Origin: Amphiscolops sp. MND2022 | Taxonomy: Eukaryota | Direction: 5' to 3' | Assembly: GCA_964187785.1 (NCBI GenBank) | Contig: OZ076421.1 | Location: 49,042,001-49,106,000 of the forward strand | Length of the DNA: 64,000 nucleotides | Part shown: positions 58,497-64,000 of the stretch, piece by piece | Numbering within the stretch: position 1 is the first letter of the stretch | Layout: each line of letters starts with the position of its first letter | Notes under the pieces: model-generated | What the model saw: the letters and a program-made list of their open reading frames with translations, nothing else | The model's database searches: none | Told to the model about the DNA's origin: nothing | Made by a program: the position numbers and the translations under genes

Positions 58497-58742
58497 TGTA
58501 CAATCTAAACATGCATAATTTGACTTAAATTTGATTCATAATCTTCTCTCAATTTTGCTTGCCGCGCTTGTGAAGAAAGTTGGATGAATTTGTAGAATTT
58601 ATTCACACTTGTTCACATTTATTCATCATATCACTCTTTTGTTAATAAAAGTTGAAAGACAGTCAGCTTTGTCAGCTCAGCCAGCTTTGTTTGTTGAGTA
58701 AACAAACAAATTCTCAAGTACCTTTCAAGGATCGTAGCATCA
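58497..58742 (+). repeat. BEL/Pao LTR 1 (246 bp)
   Basis: TG...CA, internal AATAAA, followed by putative PBS TTTTGGTGGCCATAGAGAGG; repeated 4027 bp downstream. Confidence 0.9.
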
Positions 58743-58786
58743 TTTTGGTGGCCATAGAGAGGCATACACTGCTCTAACTCATAAAG

Positions 58787-61700
58787 ATGACAGACATTGC
58801 TCGTCAATACAGACTTCAAAAACGTCATTTGCAACAGCAATTGAAAGAATGGAACGACATGAAAACAGATTCAACTACAGTGCATTCACTCAAGGAACTA
58901 CAAATTCGTTCAGACTTGTTAATTCGTCTGCAAAAGGAACAGAAAGAACTAAGTGAAAAATTGTTGAAAGAAACTACTGAAGAAAACTACGATGCCGTTG
59001 GCGATGAAATGTTCACATTGGATTGTGACGTACAGCGAATAATAACAGAAATCAATTGGGAATATAATCAACTAAGTTCAGCTAACCAATCGAATGTTGT
59101 GTTGTGACAAGCAGTACTCATCCAACTCCAACAATCAACACAGAGAATTCCGTTGCTAAATTACCACAAATTGAATTACCTAAATTTAATGGCAATTATT
59201 CTGATTGGCTCGCTTTTTACGATCAATTCAGCAGCTCTGTTGATAAAAATCCAAAGTTATCAAACGTTCAAAAATTGATTTATCTTAAACGTTGTTTAAT
59301 TGGACCAGCTGAGCGATTAATAAAAAATCTTGAAACAACAGAAGCTAATTATGACAACGCAGTCAAAATATTGACTGATCGATATCATAACGAAAGAATT
59401 ATTGTTCGTAATTTGCTAACTCGAATTATTGAATTCCGACCTGTACGAACAGAAAATGCTTTCCAATTACGATTACTTCATAACACTTTCCACGAAACAG
59501 CTCTTGCCTTAGAGTCAATGAATCAACTGGTCGACAACATCATGTGGTATCAATTGGTGTTCTCCAAAATGGATCCTGAATCACAGAAGGCATGGGAACT
59601 AGCAAATCCTGGAACAAAGTGTCTGGAATACACAAACTTGATGAAATTCCTGGACTTGAGAACCCGCTCCATGGAAACTTGTCAACCAAAGGAGAATTCA
59701 ATGAAGATGAAGGAAACCAAGCAACTATTCACAACTGAAACAGAGAGAGCTTCAACACAGCACTGTCCCGTTCCAACTTGCAAAGCTAAACATGCTATTT
59801 GGAAATGCCCTGTATTTCAAGCTCAATCGCCTACTGAACGGAAAGAAACTGTCATACAAGGTAAACTTTGCTTCAATTGTCTCAGATCAGGCCATGTCCT
59901 AGCAAAATGCACTTCACAGTCAAAATGCAAGACTTGTCAGTCCAAGCATCATTCCTTTTTGCATGAGAGTAGCAGCAAACCAGTCAATAATTCTGCCGAA
60001 ATTCATAGTACGTTAGCTATCGAATCGAATCATGAAAAGTCAGGAAAAATCTCACTTTTACCAACTGCTCAAGTCGAAGTTCTAGATAAAAGAGGTAATA
60101 AGGTGAAACTTAGAGCTCTTCTAGATACTTGTGCTCACATTAGCGCCATTACAACAACTGCTTGTAAAAAGTTAGGCCTACAAGTTGAAAACTCCGATGA
60201 AAGAATTATCGGAGTGAATCAGACATCTTCGCAACCAGTGGAAGGAAATGTCAAAATTTCTGTTAAACCTAAGCATGGAAAAGTGTTCAACATAAAATGT
60301 GTCGTGTTGAATAATATAACAAAAAGTGAGAATCCGAAATGCAAAATTGCCAATGAAGATGTTGAGCATGCCAAACACTATGATTTAGCAGACCCGACTT
60401 TTAATTCTCCAGGTCACATTGATCTATTACTTGGAATCACTGTATACACACACATACTTCGAGACAAAGCTATCAAAATAGGCACACTTGCCTTAGTCGA
60501 AACAGCATTAGGCTGGACAGTTTCAGGAATAGCTACTCAAGAATCGCCAAATTTTTATCAGGACTCCTATAGTATTAATTTTGTGGAAAATGATGACAGT
60601 AAGTTTGAGAATTTTTGGAAAATAGAAGATGTCCCAACTTTCCCGGAATCTAAGATGAATTCAGAGGAAATTTCTTGTTCGCAACACTATGAGCAAACCA
60701 CTACATATGGTCACGATGGTAGAGTCATAGTTCGACTTCCTTTCAAGGAATCTCACTTAACAATTGCATCAAATGGGTCTGATTTGGTGCCCGATATTGG
60801 ACATTCAGCAAAAAATGCTCTCAGACAATTTATTCGCAATGAAAATAAACTCAAAAATAATGTTATTGCAAAACAGCAATATCATGAATTTTTCCAAGAA
60901 ATGATTGACACAGGTCATATTGAACGCGTTCCACCGGATGAGCAGCATCTGGAACCAGGCAAATACTTCGTGATGCCTCATCACGCTGTTTGGAAAGAAT
61001 CCACAACCACAAAATGTCGTGCAGTGTTCAATGCATCGGCTAAAACATCAAATGGTAAAAGTTTGAATGATTGTATCATGGTAGGATCCAAGCAACAACC
61101 AGATTTGATTGAAATTCTGATTAGATTACGCTTTTATCCAATAGTTTTATCGGGAGATGTAACGAAAATGTACAGACAATTGATTTTGAATGAATTGGAC
61201 AGAAATTTGCATCAGTTATATTGGAGATCAGATCCTAGCGAACCAATAACAAAATGGCGATTAACACGAGTAATTTACGGAGTAGCATCGAGTTCATATC
61301 ATGCAATACGGGCTTTGCGTGAATCAGTTGATAAAGCACCAAATCAAACTTGCAGAGACGCAATTTTGAATTCATTTTATGTCGATGATTTTCTTGGTGG
61401 TGCATCATCCCCTGATGAAGCAGTATCACTTTTTAAGGACATAACCACCACATTAGCTAGTCGTGGAATGCCTATTCGCAAATGGGCAAGTAATTCGAAA
61501 CAAGTTATGAATGAAATTCCAGTTGAACTACACGAAAACAAAGATTTTTTACTTCTCAAAGATGACCATAGCATCAAGACCCTTGGTCTCAATTGGACAC
61601 CTCAAACGGACACTTTCTTTTTTCGTGCATTCGAAAAAACCGATTCAGAGCACTCCACAGCCTTGCCCCATGCTGTCAAGACAGAAAATTCCACTAAATT

Positions 61701-62535
61701 CGATGAAAAACACAAGTTTCACGATTTCAGTATTTCAGCACAAGTTGATCCAATGGTCAACTTTCAGGATGAAAATGACCAAGTTAAAATTGGCGCTGAA
61801 GGTCAAAAACGGTTTCGTTCGCATCCCCAGGCTTGCCCCTTGCAAACTAGACAACAGAAAAAGCAAAAATACAAAAAATGTAATTTTTCACCAATCACGA
61901 AAAATGGACCTATGGTCAACATTCCCATCACTTTTGACAAAGAAAAATTGAAATTACACACCCAAACCTTCGATAAACCACACGAAAATGGTTGCCCCAT
62001 TGATTTGCGACCAAAACAAGCATCATACAGTGACTTAACACAAAATTATGACACGTCCGAAAATCACTCCGATGGTCATCTTCGCACTAACTTTTCTAAC
62101 ACAAATCAGCAAAATATCGTTGCAAACGATACCCCCACCGCTTCTCCACTTGTGCCCCATGCAAAAACGTCAAAAATAACACGCAGGATCATTTCCAGTT
62201 CCCTTGGAAAGGTCTTTGATCCTCTAGGTTTGGTCACACCAGTGACATTACTTCCGAAAATTTTATTTCAAAAAACATGGGATGGTACTTTAAATTGGGA
62301 TGATGACGTTGGGGCAACTACAACGAGTCAGTTTTTATACTGGATGGAATCGTTGAAGGATTTGAGTCAACTCCACATTCCTCGTTTAGTGACCTCTGTG
62401 GTCACATTCAAGCCAAAAAATTTCAAACTTCATTTATTCGTAGATGCTTCTGAAAAGGCCTACGGAGCAGCCATATATGCCCCATCAATTTGGGACTCTA
62501 CTAGGGGTGGTGGCTTGCTCCAATGTACAATCTAA
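58787..62535 (+). pseudogene. BEL gag-pro-RT polyprotein, copy 1: frameshift at ~59100, RNase H truncated, integrase deleted
   Basis: KLPQIELPKFNG (DUF1759-like), three Cys/His knuckles, LLDTCAHIS protease, FYVDD RT, HLFVDASEKAYG RNase H start, then an abrupt end. Confidence 0.92.
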
Positions 62536-62769
62536 ACATGCATAATTTGACTTAAATTTGATTCATAATCTTCTCTCAATTTTGCTTGCCGCGCTTGTGA
62601 AGAAAGTTGGATGAATTTGTAGAATTTATTCACACTTGTTCACATTTATTCATCATATCACTCTTTTGTTAATAAAAGTTGAAAGACAGTCAGCTTTGTC
62701 AGCTCAGCCAGCTTTGTTTGTTGAGTAAACAAACAAATTCTCAAGTACCTTTCAAGGATCGTAGCATCA
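62524..62769 (+). repeat. BEL/Pao LTR 2 (shared between tandem copies)
   Basis: Identical by eye to LTR 1 and followed by the same PBS. Confidence 0.9.
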
Positions 62770-62813
62770 TTTTGGTGGCCATAGAGAGGCATACACTGCT
62801 CTAACTCATAAAG

Positions 62814-64000
62814 ATGACAGACATTGCTCGTCAATACAGACTTCAAAAACGTCATTTGCAACAGCAATTGAAAGAATGGAACGACATGAAAACAGATTCA
62901 ACTACAGTGCATTCACTCAAGGAACTACAAATTCGTTCAGACTTGTTAATTCGTCTGCAAAAGGAACAGAAAGAACTAAGTGAAAAATTGTTGAAAGAAA
63001 CTACTGAAGAAAACTACGATGCCGTTGGCGATGAAATGTTCACATTGGATTGTGACGTACAGCGAATAATAACAGAAATCAATTGGGAATATAATCAACT
63101 AAGTTCAGCTAACCAATCGAATGTTGTGACAAGCAGTACTCATCCAACTCCAACAATCAACACAGAGAATTCCGTTGCTAAATTACCACAAATTGAATTA
63201 CCTAAATTTAATGGCAATTATTCTGATTGGCTCGCTTTTTACGATCAATTCAGCAGCTCTGTTGATAAAAATCCAAAGTTATCAAACGTTCAAAAATTGA
63301 TTTATCTTAAACGTTGTTTAATTGGACCAGCTGAGCGATTAATAAAAAATCTTGAAACAACAGAAGCTAATTATGACAACGCAGTCAAAATATTGACTGA
63401 TCGATATCATAACGAAAGAATTATTGTTCGTAATTTGCTAACTCGAATTATTGAATTCCGACCTGTACGAACAGAAAATGCTTTCCAATTACGATTACTT
63501 CATAACACTTTCCACGAAACAGCTCTTGCCTTAGAGTCAATGAATCAACTGGTCGACAACATCATGTGGTATCAATTGGTGTTCTCCAAAATGGATCCTG
63601 AATCACAGAAGGCATGGGAACTAGCAAATCCTGGAACAAAGTGTCTGGAATACACAAACTTGATGAAATTCCTGGACTTGAGAACCCGCTCCATGGAAAC
63701 TTGTCAACCAAAGGAGAATTCAATGAAGATGAAGGAAACCAAGCAACTATTCACAACTGAAACAGAGAGAGCTTCAACACAGCACTGTCCCGTTCCAACT
63801 TGCAAAGCTAAACATGCTATTTGGAAATGCCCTGTATTTCAAGCTCAATCGCCTACTGAACGGAAAGAAACTGTCATACAAGGTAAACTTTGCTTCAATT
63901 GTCTCAGATCAGGCCATGTCCTAGCAAAATGCACTTCACAGTCAAAATGCAAGACTTGTCAGTCCAAGCATCATTCCTTTTTGCATGAGAGTAGCAGCAA
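62814..64000 (+). CDS. BEL gag, copy 2, open to the window edge
   Basis: Lacks the 5-bp GTTGT duplication, so MTDIARQY..QSNVVTSSTHPTP.. reads continuously. Confidence 0.88.
   Translation, partial: MTDIARQYRLQKRHLQQQLKEWNDMKTDSTTVHSLKELQIRSDLLIRLQKEQKELSEKLLKETTEENYDAVGDEMFTLDCDVQRIITEINWEYNQLSSANQSNVVTSSTHPTPTINTENSVAKLPQIELPKFNGNYSDWLAFYDQFSSSVDKNPKLSNVQKLIYLKRCLIGPAERLIKNLETTEANYDNAVKILTDRYHNERIIVRNLLTRIIEFRPVRTENAFQLRLLHNTFHETALALESMNQLVDNIMWYQLVFSKMDPESQKAWELANPGTKCLEYTNLMKFLDLRTRSMETCQPKENSMKMKETKQLFTTETERASTQHCPVPTCKAKHAIWKCPVFQAQSPTERKETVIQGKLCFNCLRSGHVLAKCTSQSKCKTCQSKHHSFLHESSS

Larger units (their letters stand above)
58497..64000 (+). mobile_element. Tandem BEL/Pao LTR retrotransposon (LTR-internal-LTR-internal), running off the window
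   Basis: 62524-64000 duplicates 58497-~59978 apart from a 5-bp indel. Confidence 0.93.

Overview
AT-rich, intron-containing animal (invertebrate) genomic DNA dominated by mobile elements; the taxon cannot be fixed from sequence alone. (1) 1-24.2 kb: the 3' half of a host UBXN7-like gene (UAS tail, UIM, UBX; 8 exons reconstructed). Its ~17-kb intron holds a CR1-group LINE and, between two (AAT)n tracts, a ~10.4-kb segment with a spliced gene for a Suv4-20-like SET domain + C2H2 finger + tyrosine recombinase (YR) + SANT-like tail. (2) 25.5-32.2 kb: a CRE-clade retrotransposon 3' end, relic fragments, and a decayed retroelement with a chuvirus/herpes-gB-like envelope. (3) 32.6-52.9 kb: a 20-kb tandem array of 18 units plus a partial one. 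Each unit is a shared ~285-bp leader plus one of two cassettes, and the units are scrambled but co-oriented mosaics of pieces of the neighbouring element. (4) 52.9-58.5 kb: a second, divergent and decayed SET-ZnF-YR gene (SET is PR-Set7/SETD8-like) interrupted by a hAT element, with a divergently oriented Tudor-like/MYND gene. (5) 58.5-64 kb: a tandem BEL/Pao LTR retrotransposon sharing one LTR. Best candidate for an undescribed system: a family of Crypton-like YR elements carrying H4K20-pathway methyltransferase domains and a putative chromatin reader, one apparently inserted in a microsatellite, with an adjacent array built from fragments of such an element. All protein assignments are by-eye motif recognition; no searches were run.
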